This document shows, piece after piece, positions 37,449-50,658 of a DNA stretch of 64,000 nucleotides. Source of the stretch: Octopus sinensis (taxonomy: Eukaryota). Each line of letters begins with the position of its first letter. The stretch's first letter is position 1. Position numbers and translations under genes: made by a program. The notes under the pieces were generated by a model, which did no database searches, was not told where the DNA came from, and was given only the letters and a program-made list of their open reading frames with translations. The stretch lies in the NCBI RefSeq assembly GCF_006345805.1, contig NC_043006.1, positions 48,732,001 through 48,796,000 on the forward strand, in the 5' to 3' direction.

Positions 37449-38125
37449 GTAAGCAGTGGTTTCAAGACAAGCAAAATATTGCAAAAAATATGATAAAAAA
37501 TATAATTGTATTTGTCTTAAATATATTTCTTTAAACAATAATTATTTCTAAAATTTAGCTATTTTTCCCTCCCACTGAACTTTAAAATTTTAAACTAATT
37601 CAAGATGCATGGTGTTGATTTAAAATTTTTAAAATACACATATATATATATATATACACACTAAATAATCTAACATTTTTTTTTTGCTTTCTTGAATTTA
37701 AATCACATTTTGAGCTTTTTTATATTGATTTATTTTGCATAGCTAGAAATGCTAATTAAATAAATAGATAAATAAACAAACAAATACACTAAACAATTAG
37801 TCAACTGAGTTGAAACTTGTTTTTTAAATGTCACATCAATTATGTATCTACTTGTCTGCTGTAAAAACTAAGCAATGTATACATAACAGTGGTTGGCTGC
37901 TTAAGGCTATATTCATGGATTGTTCTATCAATGGGGTGGTGTTAACCTTTTGAAGAAGAGCAGAACGATTGAACGATTCCATAGTTTATTTCACAATAAT
38001 AGCATTTTCAGAAATCTCATAAAAACCAAAAAATATACACATATATGATAAATAAATAAAAAGATAAATAAATAAATAATAAATGAATAAATAGCAATAA
38101 AAATGAAATAATTGTTTTTTTTTAT

Positions 38126-38185
<60 letters not shown>

Positions 38186-38602
38186 CTCGCACACACAAAC
38201 TCATAACTTTATAGAATATTTTTCTGCATGACATTTTTTGAAACAATTCTTCACAGAATCTAACATATCTGAGAGTAGAGTGTTGCATTGTTTAAAGATG
38301 CCATCATCATAATTTGGAGAGGGTTTCCGTTTATCAATCACTTGTTTATTGTTCAAACGCTACTTCATCAAGTATTGACCTGTGTCCAAGTGACAACAGC
38401 TTTATTCTTCCACAATGGAATGATTTAAATATCAGTGTCCTCTGAAGTCTTCTACTCCAATAACCTTTACTCATCTCCTGCTTACTATAAATCCAGTCCG
38501 AGTACTTTCGTGCCCAACCTTTATATTATCCACATCATCTCCTCATGAGCTGCGGGGAGGGGCATGCTTTTCCAGGCAAAAAAATAAAGCTACCAGTTTA
38601 TT

Positions 38603-38830
38603 GAACCTTTTAACATTCAGATAACTCGTTCAAATGTAATTTTTATATATTCACATCTTTCTAAATTAATCACACATTATCTCATAGCTTTGAGATTTCA
38701 CTGATGTGATTTGTTTAGATTTGGAATGAAACTGTAAGGTTGGTGTGAAAGATTAGATCTGGCCAGTTTGAACTAAAAACGGGTAGAATATTTTGGCCAG
38801 ATCTGGCCAGTTTAAATGCTAGAGGGTCAG
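38603..38830. mobile_element. MITE family E (AACCCTTTAGCATT...AATGCTAAAGGG-type termini)
   Basis: Related copies at about 4706-5060, 9268-9492, 13388-14008, 44096-44335. Confidence 0.65.
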
Positions 38831-40074
38831 TTTAAATGCTTCAGCGGTCAGTTTTATTTTGAACTAAATCTGTTACTTCTACTGGAGATTGTTTCATTTA
38901 CTTTGCTCATAGTTAGTAGCAAAGCATGAATGGAACAATTTTGTATATTTTCTTCTCTTTAAGGAATGTTGAGTTCCTTCTATCTCTATAATCCTGTAAT
39001 CCTACATTATTGTTAAAAAAAAAAGATGCTTAAAACTATAAAGATTTAACAATACAAATAAACCACTATTACTGTAGGAACATTCCTATAGCTGCTCAGC
39101 CTGCAAGAAATAGCAACTAAATTGCCCTCAAGTTGCACCTTACTTTTAGGGGTAACTAGTCTTGTGTGCTAGTTTCTCCTAAAAAGATGGGATGGTCACT
39201 TATGAAATGTTTTTGATCATATGTCTGGTCTGGGGTTGAACAACACCAGCCATTATCAGACATTATCAGTTAGGATTATTTGGCTTTTGTATGTAACCTT
39301 TTGATCTATTTTATGAATAAGGTGTATGTGGTGTGTGTCTAGAATATAATATAATCTCTTGAACAATAAAGGAACAGGAATTACATAATCACCTTCATTG
39401 GCTTACAGCTGTTTCTGCTGTAAGAAGCAGTGCATTCAGAGCTGAGTGCATGTGCTGAATTATTAATACTGGTTATTAATATCACTATGCCTGAGCAAAG
39501 GTATAATGTGGTTGTGTGTGTGTAAGAGTATGACTGCTTATAATTTGAAAATCTATTACCAGCAACAACATTCATGTGAAATTGAGAGCAGCTTCCATTA
39601 TATTGTAGCGACACTTGTTATCAAAGCCAAGAGGCTGAGAAGCAAGATATTTGTTTCAAAAGTGTCAACAGATTTCATAACAGAGCAATCTTCTCCTAGA
39701 GATGTTTCCTTTACAAAATTTGTAGGGTGCCACACTCCAAGTAGTGTTAGAACATGGTGGAAACCAGCTTAGAATTTCCAGGTCCTTTACACTGCTGAAA
39801 TACTGAAGTCCTTTGGTAACAGACATTTCACAGAATTGTGGGTTAACATTGGTTGGATTTCGTATCCAACCAACAACTCTACTCAGAAACTGGGATGCAT
39901 TCTGTTGCTATTAAAATTCAAGAGCATCAACTCATAATGTTTGGCCACGTTGCTCAATTTTCCAAGTTAGACCCTGCTTGCCATGTTCTCTTCACTGAGG
40001 ATCTGGCTGGGTTGGTGGCTCATGCTGGTCAACCACATGCCACATGGTCACTGTAGATGAAGAGGTATTTCATG

Positions 40075-40307
40075 AAGGTGGCGAGCTGGCAGAAATGTTA
40101 ACACGCTGGATGAAATGCTCAGCAGTATTTCATCTGTCTTTACGTTATGAGTTCAAATTCCGCTGAGGTCAACTTTGCCTTTCATCTTTTCGGGGTCGAT
40201 AAATTAAGTACCAGTTACGCACTGGGGTTGATGTAATCGGCTTAGTCCCTTGGTTTGTCCTTGTTGGTCCCCTCTATGTTTAGCTCCTTGTGGGTGATAA
40301 AAAATAA
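40075..40307 (+). mobile_element. Monomeric family C SINE with 16-bp TSD
   Basis: TSD GAAGAGGTATTTCATG at 40059-40074 and 40308-40323. Confidence 0.85.
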
Positions 40308-40941
40308 GAAGAGGTATTTCATGGAGGTGGAGGTTGACTGGGATCTACACAACTGATCGCCCAGCAAGACCTGGAGAATATTCTGACAGATGGTGAATGC
40401 AGCAATAGCTCATACCCCTCACACCTGTCCCTGACGAGTTTTTGCTAGGCATTCATTGAACATATGCTGGGGTTTCTGAGCAATCCTTCTCACCAACCTA
40501 GTCTAGTGGAGGCACTGTTTTAGTTACTGTGTCTAATTAATTAATAGCTTTAATGAGACATGAGCAAAAGCATCTGAGTACAAAGTCAGTGTATTAATTG
40601 AAGAGAAGAAAAAAATTAAAGAACAATTGATTAATATTTTGGACAATGGTCCTTCGTTATGACAGAAACAAGGAAAGAAAAATACAGTAAAATGTAAAAT
40701 GTGAGGAAAGAAAAGAAATCAAGTTGATTCAAAGATGTACCATATTTATTTGGTCACCTTCTCCCTTTCTTTCCTCCCGAAGTATTAAATACTTTGACTT
40801 TGTGCTTTGTTTATTATTGTTCTGATTTGGTTTTTGTTTTTTGGTTTTTTTTTTTGCTCATGTCTCACTTGAATATTAATTGCCACACTGATGCAAATAA
40901 CCCAGATTACTCCTGGATATATATACATAAACATGTATATT

Positions 40942-40987
<46 letters not shown>

Positions 40988-41519
40988 AACACAACCACAT
41001 GTATACACATGCGCGCGCGCGTGCCTCTTGTTTCTTGTTTCACTGTGTGGTTATAGTTCTTGTTATTTGCTATTCTTGTTATTTTCTGATTTCTGGGGGG
41101 GGGGTGGGCTTCTTTTTTTTTTTTTTTTTTTCATGTAAAAGCATTTCATTAAACTCAAACTTTATCATTTGAATCGTGAGTGAGACATGAACAGTGGCAT
41201 GATTTCATTGAGAGTTAAATAAAATGACCACTAGCAGTTGGGACCAAGCTCTCTGTCCTTCCCCGAGTACATTAGTCTTACACAGCCACTCATAGAGGAT
41301 ACCTTGTCATGATTCAGATGCTCTGGCTAAGATGGACACACTGCTTGTGAGATAGGTGTTAAGAAGTCTGCTTTGCAACCACCTGATTCCAGGTTCAGTA
41401 CCACTATGTGGTGCCGAGGACAAGTGTCTTTTGTAACCTTAGATTGACAAATGCTTTGTGGGTGAAATTTGATTGATTAACAGAAACTGTGCAGAAGATG
41501 GTGTTTGATGTTTGATTGT

Positions 41520-41930
41520 CATCAGCATCGTCATCATTTAACATCCGCTTTCCATGCTAGCATGGGCTGGACGATTTGACTGAGGACTGGAAAACCAGAT
41601 GGCTTCGGCAGGCTCCAATCTGATTTGGCAGAGTTTCTACAGCTGGATGCTCTTCCTAACACCAACCACTCTGCGAGTGTAGTAGGTGCTTTTATGTGCC
41701 ACTGGCACAAGGGCCAGTCAGGCAGTACTGGCAACGGCCACGCTCAAGTGGTGTTTCTTACATGCCACCTGCACAGGAGCCAGTCCAGCAGCACTCGTTC
41801 GAATGTTTTTTTACGTACCAGTATGGTGACGCTGGTAACAATCACACTCGAATGGTGCTTTTTACGTGTCACCAGCATGGAAGCCAGTTTGATGCTCTGG
41901 CAATGATCACACTTAGATGGTGCTCTTCGT
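41520..41930 (-). mobile_element. Retroposon family D with (CAT)n tail
   Basis: CATCATCATTTAACATCCGCTTTCCATGC...CAGCTGGATGCTCTTCCTAACACCAACCAC; related copies at 18215, 23725, 47375, 60495, 63590. Confidence 0.7.
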
Positions 41931-42366
41931 GTTCCATCAAATTTGATTTTGATTTCGATTTTCATTGTAATATGTAATAATGATTTTAGTACATAAATAG
42001 GTCAGTAATTCTGAACCAATGCTATATGTATATATAATCAATTAATTGCCTGTAAATCAGGAAAAAAACACAATGAGTAATGGAGAGGTTATATTTTTAT
42101 ATACCTGAAGGACATTCCTATCAAAGAACTGGCCTTGCTTAGTATGCAGAAAAGAGGAAGGTTAGAAATTTCATATGGTCTACCCTGTGCAAACTATGCG
42201 TGCTTAAGAGGTACAGAGGTACCATAGGCAAGCTAAAGAGAAGGTAGATTTCATATGCAGCAGATATACATGGACAATAAGCACTAATAACACATACGAA
42301 ATAGATTATCTCAAATGCCGTGACAGCTTCTGTTACGTGGCTGACATAATTAGCAGTGGAGTTAGG

Positions 42367-42930
42367 TGTTCCAAAAGTAGAGCAACCCAAGGAAGACTGG
42401 GCTAAATAAAGTTCAGAGAGCTATTACCGCTGCTGGTAAAGGTAGTTGTTCCAAAAATAGAGCAACCCAAGGAAGAATGGGCTAAATGAAGTTCAGAGAG
42501 CTATTACCGCTGCTGGTAACGAAGGGCTTCTCTCTTAGAGTGACAGTTGAATATATGATGCTACACGGTTGTGAGACATGGGCTCTGAATGCGAAGAATT
42601 TCCAAAGGCTAGAAAGATATGAAGCAGGCATGGTTTCCTGGATGTTTAATGTTTGTATGCATAAACAACGGAGTACACATTAGCTGGAGTAGCATTGGAT
42701 GTAAGATGAAGCAGATGTACAATAGAATACTGCATTTGTAAGGGCATATGATGCACGTTGAAGATGACAGTTGTGTAAAGAAATGCAAGCCATTCATGGT
42801 GGACGAACCTGCAGAAGAGGGAGATCCTAGAAGACATGGGATGAAGTGGTGAAGACTAATCTGAGGATGCTGAACCTAATGGAGGAGATGAAAAAAGATC
42901 TTGATGTTTGAGGGCAAGAAGATCCACCCA
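42367..42930 (+). mobile_element. Decayed RTE-clade LINE 3' fragment
   Basis: KFRELLPLL...LHGCETWAL...RLERYEAGM and later KTWDEVVK..LRMLNL; frameshifts and stops. Confidence 0.8.
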
Positions 42931-45005
42931 CTTATGCAAGCACAGTGAAAGGATTATTAAAATGGTTGTGGAGACTGGGAAGTATAATATGTCTATATTT
43001 AGGTCTCTTGCTCACTATGTTCCTGTTCAGTCTGGATCTGCTATCTCCTGTGCCTCTTGATACCCTTTCATTTCTTTCAGCCCTTTCTTCTGGTCATTCT
43101 GTTATGCTGCCTGTGCAACTAAGCATGGTAGTGTTTGCTATACTATACTGTTCATGTAACAAAGGTCAGCATCGGACTTGTCTGACCCTCCCATCTCTTT
43201 GGTATTCAGCTTCTCTTTGATTAACTGTACCTTGCAGCCTCTGTTCTCATCCGTACACCATGCTTTTTACTGCCTTTGAAATGCAGGATGGCTCTGGCCC
43301 TTCTCCCCTATTCTATCATTCCAACTCTCTTGTTTGTGCCCATTACAAGGCTTATTTAGATATATATATATAAAAGACTGCATCAGGTCTGTTTGTGCCA
43401 ATACATATCTTCACCATTTCTGTATTGCCAGTCATCACCCACTCTCTCCTGACCATTTGTTATTGACATCCACTACTGTTACCATTGTAAATCTCCACTA
43501 CTGTCCACCCCCTCTACCCCCTTCTTCCCTAATCACCATTTCTACCTCCATACTCTTGTTTTTTTTTTAGTTCACCTACACATCCTGGTTTTTCTCCTGT
43601 CATTGCTCCATCACCCATTTACTCTCTTGATCACATTGCCTTCAGCAAATGAACCCACCTTAGACTAACGGGGGTTCTTTAGACTTAACAAAATAGAAAG
43701 CAACTTTATTGATACCAGTACCATATCTGTCACATAGTTGGCAAACACAGTGAGACTGTATAGGATCAAGAGGGTGGTTTGATCCTAATCAAGGACACAA
43801 CAACATCCCTGCTGTTGGTGTTGTGATAAAATGCTGTTTGTACACACTGTAAAGTAATCGGTGCTAAGATGGGTATCCAGCCATAGAAAACATGACAAAA
43901 CTGAAACATAAAGGTGTCATGATCCTCCATCCTGTCTAGTGGAGGGCAATGGCTCCAAATATCATCTTTTACTTTAACAATCTGTCCAGCCTATGCTAAC
44001 ATGGAAAGCAAACAAAAATAATGATATATAATTCACACATATACTATTGGCTTAGTGAATAAGAATGTTATGTGTATAGTCAACAGCAAGCACTTTAACT
44101 CTTTAGCATTTAATCTGGCAATATCCGGCCTAAGTATTCCATCCACTTTTAAGCTGGCCGGAGCTGGCCTCTCACACCTAGCCTGTAATATTATTAAGAT
44201 AAACAGTCACATCTTTGAAATCTCAGACCTATAAGATAATACATGATGAATTTTTGAAAATTTGAATAAATAAGTTTGACAAAATAATCAGAATGCTGAT
44301 GACTTAAGGCCATTTTCAATGCTAAAGTTCAGGTTAGGTTTACAGGCACCATGATTAATCATCACGGTCCTGTTTCTGTTGACAGATTCTCTTCCCATTG
44401 CCAACACATTTGGCCACCACATACTACATCAGGGATATACTGTACCTTTCAAAAAATGTTTTGGGTGGGAATTTTTTTCTGTTTTTTCTTAGAAATATAT
44501 GATGGGTATAAACGGTACAACACAAATATAGAAATTTTTGGATACAATTGAATACACAAACCATCCATTCAAATACCAATCATTATCTTCATCATCATCA
44601 TATCTATATTGCTATTGTATACTTCAGTATGGTCTGATAGCTATCTTACTTTTCTATTTCTTATTGCAAACCAGTTCATGTTCTGTCTTTCTTATTCCTA
44701 GGTGTTTATTATAATCCCAAAGTAGATTTGAACCTGGAGACTTTGTTTCTGAACTAAAAATCATTACAGCCTTATTCAGTGGATAATAAAAATTATACAG
44801 ATAGATAAACAGATAAATGGGGAAAAAAATTTAAACAGGATCCTCAGTAAGCTCTTCTGCGAATACTAGCTATCAGAGTGTGTATTTGTAGAAGGTTTAT
44901 CTTAGAGAAGAAAATATCAAATACAAGCTGAAATTCCAAGTCAAATAGATTTGTCACTGAGCATGAATACATAAAATATAAGATCAAAGTCTGGAATTTA
45001 TGGTA

Positions 45006-45214
45006 TTATCTTCAATTCTTCAATTACACTCGTTTCTATGCAACATGGGAGAGACATTTCATGAATATTGATATTGATACAAGTATATTCTGTTGTATCT
45101 GGGGAGAGTCATATTTTCTTTTTTGTGCCTTATATACTTGTATCAATATCAATATTCATGAAATGTCTCTCCCATGTTGCATAGAAACGAGTGTAATTGA
45201 AGAATTGAAGATAA
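45006..45214. repeat. Perfect 82-bp inverted repeat (45006-45087 / 45133-45214)
   Basis: Arms compared base by base: exact reverse complements, 45-nt spacer. Confidence 0.95.
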
Positions 45215-45357
45215 CACACCGGTAAAATTTCCCCTTATTTCTTATTATTTCTTATTTTAAAAAATAAAAGGAAGAAGTGGAAATTTTACCGGTGAGTGTG
45301 TTAAATTATAAGGCACAAAAAGAAAATGACTCTCCCCAGACACAACAGAATATGCTT
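45080..45357. mobile_element. Palindromic MITE whose left arm is interrupted by an inverted copy of the flank
   Basis: TGTTGTATCTGGGGAGAGTC...GTGCCTTATA (45088-45134) is complementary to TATAAGGCAC...CTCCCCAGACACAACA (45307-45347); inner IR ACACCGGTAAAATTTCC / GGAAATTTTACCGGTG. Confidence 0.75.
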
Positions 45358-46218
45358 CAACACACGAACTCATATAAAGAATCTTGCAAACCAAATCCAA
45401 AAACGCAATACAAATATAAATAAATTCATAATACATTTTTTAAAAATCTAAACCATGTGCATTTCTTCAGACTTGTATATAAAGCTCTGAAGTTTATGCC
45501 CTTCAGCTCTCTTGCTTATTTCAGTTTAGCTTTTATTTATATCTAAAAATCTTCATTTATCTATTTACCTTATTTTTAATGTTTACGACCACAACCACCC
45601 CCATGTTTGATGCATGAGGGTCATCGTAGCGTTAAATATTAACCGATTATCTCTGTTCAGACAAACCATGAAATTAGTTCCTGCTAAGTTTTTTTTCATT
45701 CTCTCTTGGGTTTTTTTTTTTCTTTGTTTGTTCGTTTGTTTGTTTTGTATGCTACATTGCTTTCTGTTTTGTTTCGGTATATTCATATTTGTTATTATTG
45801 TTTTGTTTGTTTTTAATTTAAATTTTTTTATTTGATGTTGTTGTTTTTTATGTTTCTTTTTTTTTGTATTACTGAAGTAACTACACAAATATCTGTTGGT
45901 AATTTCTTTTTCATTCAATTTACTGCACATTTGATTACCTGCATTTATAATTTTACACTTGCATGATTAATTTACGTTTGTAGTTTAATTAATAGTAAAT
46001 ATCGTTGTGTCCTGTATTGATATTTCTTTAATTATTGTTCCCCCGTCCACCCCTTTCACCCTCTAACCCACACTGGGAATCTTAATTCTCAAAACCTCCA
46101 TCAATTAACAATCTACTGTTGTTACTGTTGTTGTTAATGATGATGCTGTTAGTATATTGATTTTTTTTTTTTTTTGCTTGTTTTTGCTTTTGTTTCTACC
46201 TTTCCATTTACCTTACAG

Positions 46219-46378
46219 GTGTTAACAAAGAACCAAACGAAGATGAGAATGATGATTCTGTTCCTACCAATGTTATGATTATTATTATTGCCTGTGTTAT
46301 TGGGGTAACATTCTGCATTGCCGTTGTGGCTGTTGCAATTGTCATCTGCAAGAAGAAGGAATACAGAAACAAACGGAG
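46219..46378 (+). CDS. NEO1: Neogenin/DCC exon: acidic juxtamembrane segment, transmembrane helix (MIIIIACVIGVTFCIAVVAVAIVIC) and basic stop-transfer (KKKEYRNKR)
   Basis: Acceptor ccttacag, donor AG|gttggt; about 25 hydrophobic residues followed by a basic cluster; phase 1 in, phase 2 out. Confidence 0.94.
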
Positions 46379-46472
46379 GTTGGTTGTTGTGTCATTCCCT
46401 AATTATTATTGTTGTTTGTTTGTTCGTCATTCCTTATCCCCCAGATTAGTTTCCATTAAACAAGTCTACTTG

Positions 46473-46690
46473 AAGGCAGTGAGCTGGCAGAAACGTTAGC
46501 ATGCCAGGTGAAATGCTTAGCAGTATTTCCTCTTTCTTTATGTTCTGTGTTCAAATTCCGCCGAGGTCGACTTTGCCTTTCTACCTTTCAGGGTTAATAA
46601 ATTAAGTACCACTTGTGTACTGGGGTTGATCTAATCAACTTGCCCCCTCCCTCAAAATTTCGGACCTTGTGCCTAAAGTAGAAAAGGATA
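46473..46690 (+). mobile_element. Family C SINE
   Basis: AAGGCAGTGAGCTGGCAGAA head and shared central domain; other copies near 5608, 9899, 12661, 13118. Confidence 0.75.
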
Positions 46691-46716
46691 TTTGTTTCAT
46701 TTATCTTATTTATAGG

Positions 46717-47110
46717 CACAGCAGTGGCTGTGTGGTAAGTAGCTTGCTTACCAACCCAATGGTTCTGGGTTCAGTCCCACTGCGTGGCACCTGGGGCAAG
46801 TGTTTTCTACTATAGCCTTGGGCTGACCAAAGCCTTGTGAGTGGATCTGGTAGACGGAAACTGAAAGAAGCCCGTCATGTATATGTATATATATATGTGT
46901 GTGTGTGTGTTGGTGTGTCTGTGTTTGTCCCCCTAACATTGCGTGACAACCGATGCTGGTGTGTTTACATCCCCGTAACTTAGCAGTTCCACAAAAGAGA
47001 CCAATAGAATAAGTACTAGGCTTACAAAGAATAAGTCCCGGGGTCAATTTGCTCAACTAAAGGCGGTGATCCAGTATGGCCGCAGTCAAATGACTGAAAC
47101 AAGTAAAAGA
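46717..47110 (+). mobile_element. CORE-like SINE (family B)
   Basis: Family B head, core and tail. Confidence 0.85.
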
Positions 47111-47593
47111 GTAAAGAGTATAACTTCAGGCTGACCAAATCCTCATAAGTGGATTTGATAGACAAAAACTGAAAGAAGCCTGTTCCATGTGTGTGTATGT
47201 ATACACGTATGTGTGTGTATGTCAAAACTCTCAAAGGTTTGGCGGTTCTAAATCCATTAGATGCTTGAAAGAAGATAGAGGGTTTCAAAATTTCTTTGGA
47301 GCCAGTTTAATAAAATTGTGTATGTATGTATGTATGTGTGTGTATTATATATATATATATATTAAAATCAAATGGAATTGTGCCGGTGGCACATAAAAAG
47401 CACCCACTACACTCACGGAGTAGTTGGCATTAGGAAGGGCATCCAGCTGTAGAAATACTACCAGATCAGACTGGAGGCTGGTGCAGTCTCCTGGCTCCCC
47501 AGTCGAACTGTCCAACTCATGCCAGCATGGAAAACGGACGTTAAATGATGATGATGATGGTAATAGACATATACCCAAAGTTCAAGTAGCTAC

Positions 47594-47635
<42 letters not shown>

Positions 47636-47786
47636 TTTTTGAAGGGCTGTACAGATATTATATATTGCAAATAGCAAGGTAGTCAGAACGTTGGATGATT
47701 ATAGTAGTTTTATTTACATTTTTAGTGCTTTTTTTTCTGTTATCGGATTTATCCAAAAAAGCGTTTCACAGTAAGTTTGCTTTGCC

Positions 47787-47794
47787 ATCTCTCT

Positions 47795-47891
<97 letters not shown>

Positions 47892-47905
47892 CCCTCTCTC
47901 TCTCT
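47787..47905. repeat. (TC)n/(GA)n microsatellite
   Basis: About 120-nt polypyrimidine run; similar shorter run at 38128-38175. Confidence 0.95.
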
Positions 47906-48082
47906 CCCTCCATCCCTCCCTCCAAAGCATCATCAGTTTCAATTTTATATAAAATGGTGAAGCAAACGGACTGCAAACCACTTTTTTGATAAATCCAATA
48001 ATGGAAGAAAGCGCTAAAAATGTAAATAAAAATATATATAATAATCCAATATTCTGGCTACATATATATATGTATGTGTGTG

Positions 48083-48136
<54 letters not shown>

Positions 48137-48821
48137 CAGACTGTGAAATCAAAAATGAAACTAAAATTCCCCCACGGCCAGGTATGTTTTTGCAGAATAT
48201 TGGAAAAGAACGATACTGCTTGTATGACAATGACACACATTTTACACATCACATGATGTTAAGGCAAGGAGACACAAACACACACATGATGGGCTTTCCT
48301 TCAGTAACATAGGTAAAATGTAGATGTGTGTGAGGAGTGTTTTTAAGAATTCTTGCTGCAGTGAGTTTTTTTAGATATACATTTTTTATTTATGTAGAGT
48401 GTGACTGTGTGGTTGAGAAGTTTGCTTTCCAACCACATGGCTTCAGGTTCAATCCCACTGCAGGACACCTTGGGCAACAAGTGTCTTGTATTATAGTCCC
48501 AGGCCAACCAAAGCCTTGTTGAGTAGATTTGGTAGACGGAAACTGAAAGAAACCCATTGTCTGTGTTTGTGTCATGTGATGTGTAAAGTGTGTGTCATTG
48601 TCATTCATTTCCAATATTCTGTAAAAACATACCTGGCCATGTAGAAATATTACCTTGATTGGAAACAGGTGAGGGTTGGCAATGAGAAGGTCATACAGCT
48701 GTAGAAAAATCTACCTCAATAAACTCCATCTGACCCACGGAAAATGGGATGTTAAAAATAAAGATTATGATTATTTACCATATTCAGTGGCATAAAAGAC
48801 ACACGGACATATTTGATACAC

Positions 48822-49186
48822 CCAAAGTTATCATTAAGCCAGTGTTAGGAACATAAATTGTGACTAAGATTTGGTGGAAAATTTTAATTCAAAACTTATG
48901 AAAACAAGACATTTGTGCTACAGAGCCAGAGGCGGTTTCAGCCAAGTTAGTATCAAAAGGGTTAAGAATTGTTTCTCTGTATATTTTGATCCTTTCTTTA
49001 TGATATTTCTGTTGAGATGCCCTGCTTCTTTCAATTGAAATAACTTAGTTATCATTAAGCTAGTACTAGGAACATAAATTGTGACTAAGATTTGGTGGAA
49101 GATTTTAATTCAAAACTTATGAAAACAAGACATTTGTGCTACAGAGCCAGAGACGGTTTCAACCAGGTTGGTATCGAAAGGGTTAA
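48822..49186. mobile_element. Second tandem dimer of MITE family F (first copy 5'-truncated)
   Basis: Copies end at 48965 and 49186; linker 48966-48985 matches 26175-26194 at 18/20. Confidence 0.75.
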
Positions 49187-49422
49187 AATGTAAGTGGAGA
49201 AAACATGCTAAGCCCTTCGTCCTGCAATGGACTGGACACAAACAATCCAATCCAAAATGTAAGAGAGGCTTAATTTTGCATATAGGACCGGAGGGGGGGG
49301 GTCCTTTTTGTTGTTTCTTTTTTGTGGTGGGAGAGTAAATATGTGTCATATGTCAACAAATATGGTATATTTTTAATTTGTTATGCGACAGCTAATGAAA
49401 TATTTCTTTCTATTTTTCATAG

Positions 49423-49661
49423 TTCTGGGACTTACGCATCTCCTGCTAAAGGCAAGACGCCAAAAGCACCTACTACAAAAGATGTAAAGCCACCAGACCT
49501 CTGGATCCATCATGATCAAATGGAAATGAAGAACTTGGATAAGTCAGAAAACAGAGAATCATCCGCACCTACTCCAGCTCCCTCTCAGAGATGTGGGGAG
49601 AGCTCCAAATGTGAAGATTCATCCTTGATGGATATGGAGAAACGCAGAAATTCATTAGTGG
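49423..49661 (+). CDS. NEO1: Neogenin/DCC exon with cytoplasmic P1 motif (KDVKPPDLWIHHDQMEMKNLDK)
   Basis: Acceptor tttttcatag, donor G|gtaagt; PPDLWIHH..MEMK is the DCC/neogenin/frazzled P1 signature; phase 2 in, phase 1 out. Confidence 0.96.
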
Positions 49662-50143
49662 GTAAGTTACCAAATATTTGTTTGCCAATGTGATGTGGTG
49701 GCAAATATGCTCAGCTGCTTATAAGACGCATCGGTTCTTCCACATTACTCTGTAAGGAGCGAGGGCCAATTACCTGGTTTCCTTGCCATATATATTCCTC
49801 CCTGGATGGGGTGCCAGTCCATTGTAGCATTACTAATTTTTACTAGCTGAGTGGACTGGAGCAACATGAAATGAAGTGTTTTGCTCAAGAACAACAAATT
49901 GCCCAGTACAAGGATTGAAACACAATTTTATGATAATGGGTCTAATGCATTAATGACTACACCATGCACCTCTACATGTGAGGCACATTAGTTTACCTGA
50001 TTGGCCTAGATGAAAATAGATACTGACCCTAGTTGATATTTGAGTGATTAATAGTAACGTGTAAAGTGTATGAATATGCAAATTGCTCCTGGCATGGCTG
50101 TGTGGTAAGAAATATGCTTCCCAACCACATGATTCCAGGTTTA

Positions 50144-50529
50144 CAGTGATCCCTTGTTTATTGCAGTAGATTGGTTCTGAGACCAGCCACGATAACTGAA
50201 TTTCCGCGAAGTAGGGACACCATATTTACAGTATTTATTTAACTTGTATTTGGACTTTTGAAACCCACCCATTACAGTAGTCTATTAGTAACAAGGACAA
50301 CTGTTAAGCAATAACACTTTAGATTTAAAAAAATAAAAGATTATTACTGTTACACTGACCAGATTACAAAATAGAAAGCTATGATTCGCCGTCTCTCTCC
50401 ATTGCACCAATCACAGCCCGTCTTAAGTTCAAATACCCCTGTATATGCTTTTTTGCTATTTTACGCTTGTTTTGTTGTTCCTAGACTAGGAAATAATATT
50501 TTAATGGATTTAATGAAAAATTTTAGGCA

Positions 50530-50572
<43 letters not shown>

Positions 50573-50658
50573 TATATATTATATATATATATATATATTA
50601 AAATCCGCGAAGCCGTGAATCCACAATAGTTGAACCGTGAAGTAGCAAGGAATCACTG
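50144..50658. mobile_element. Tc1/pogo-type MITE with TA TSD, inserted in a family B SINE
   Basis: TIRs CAGTGATCCCTTG / CAAGGAATCACTG; TA at 50142-50143 and 50659-50660; SINE reads GGTT[TA]GTCCCA across the insertion. Confidence 0.85.
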
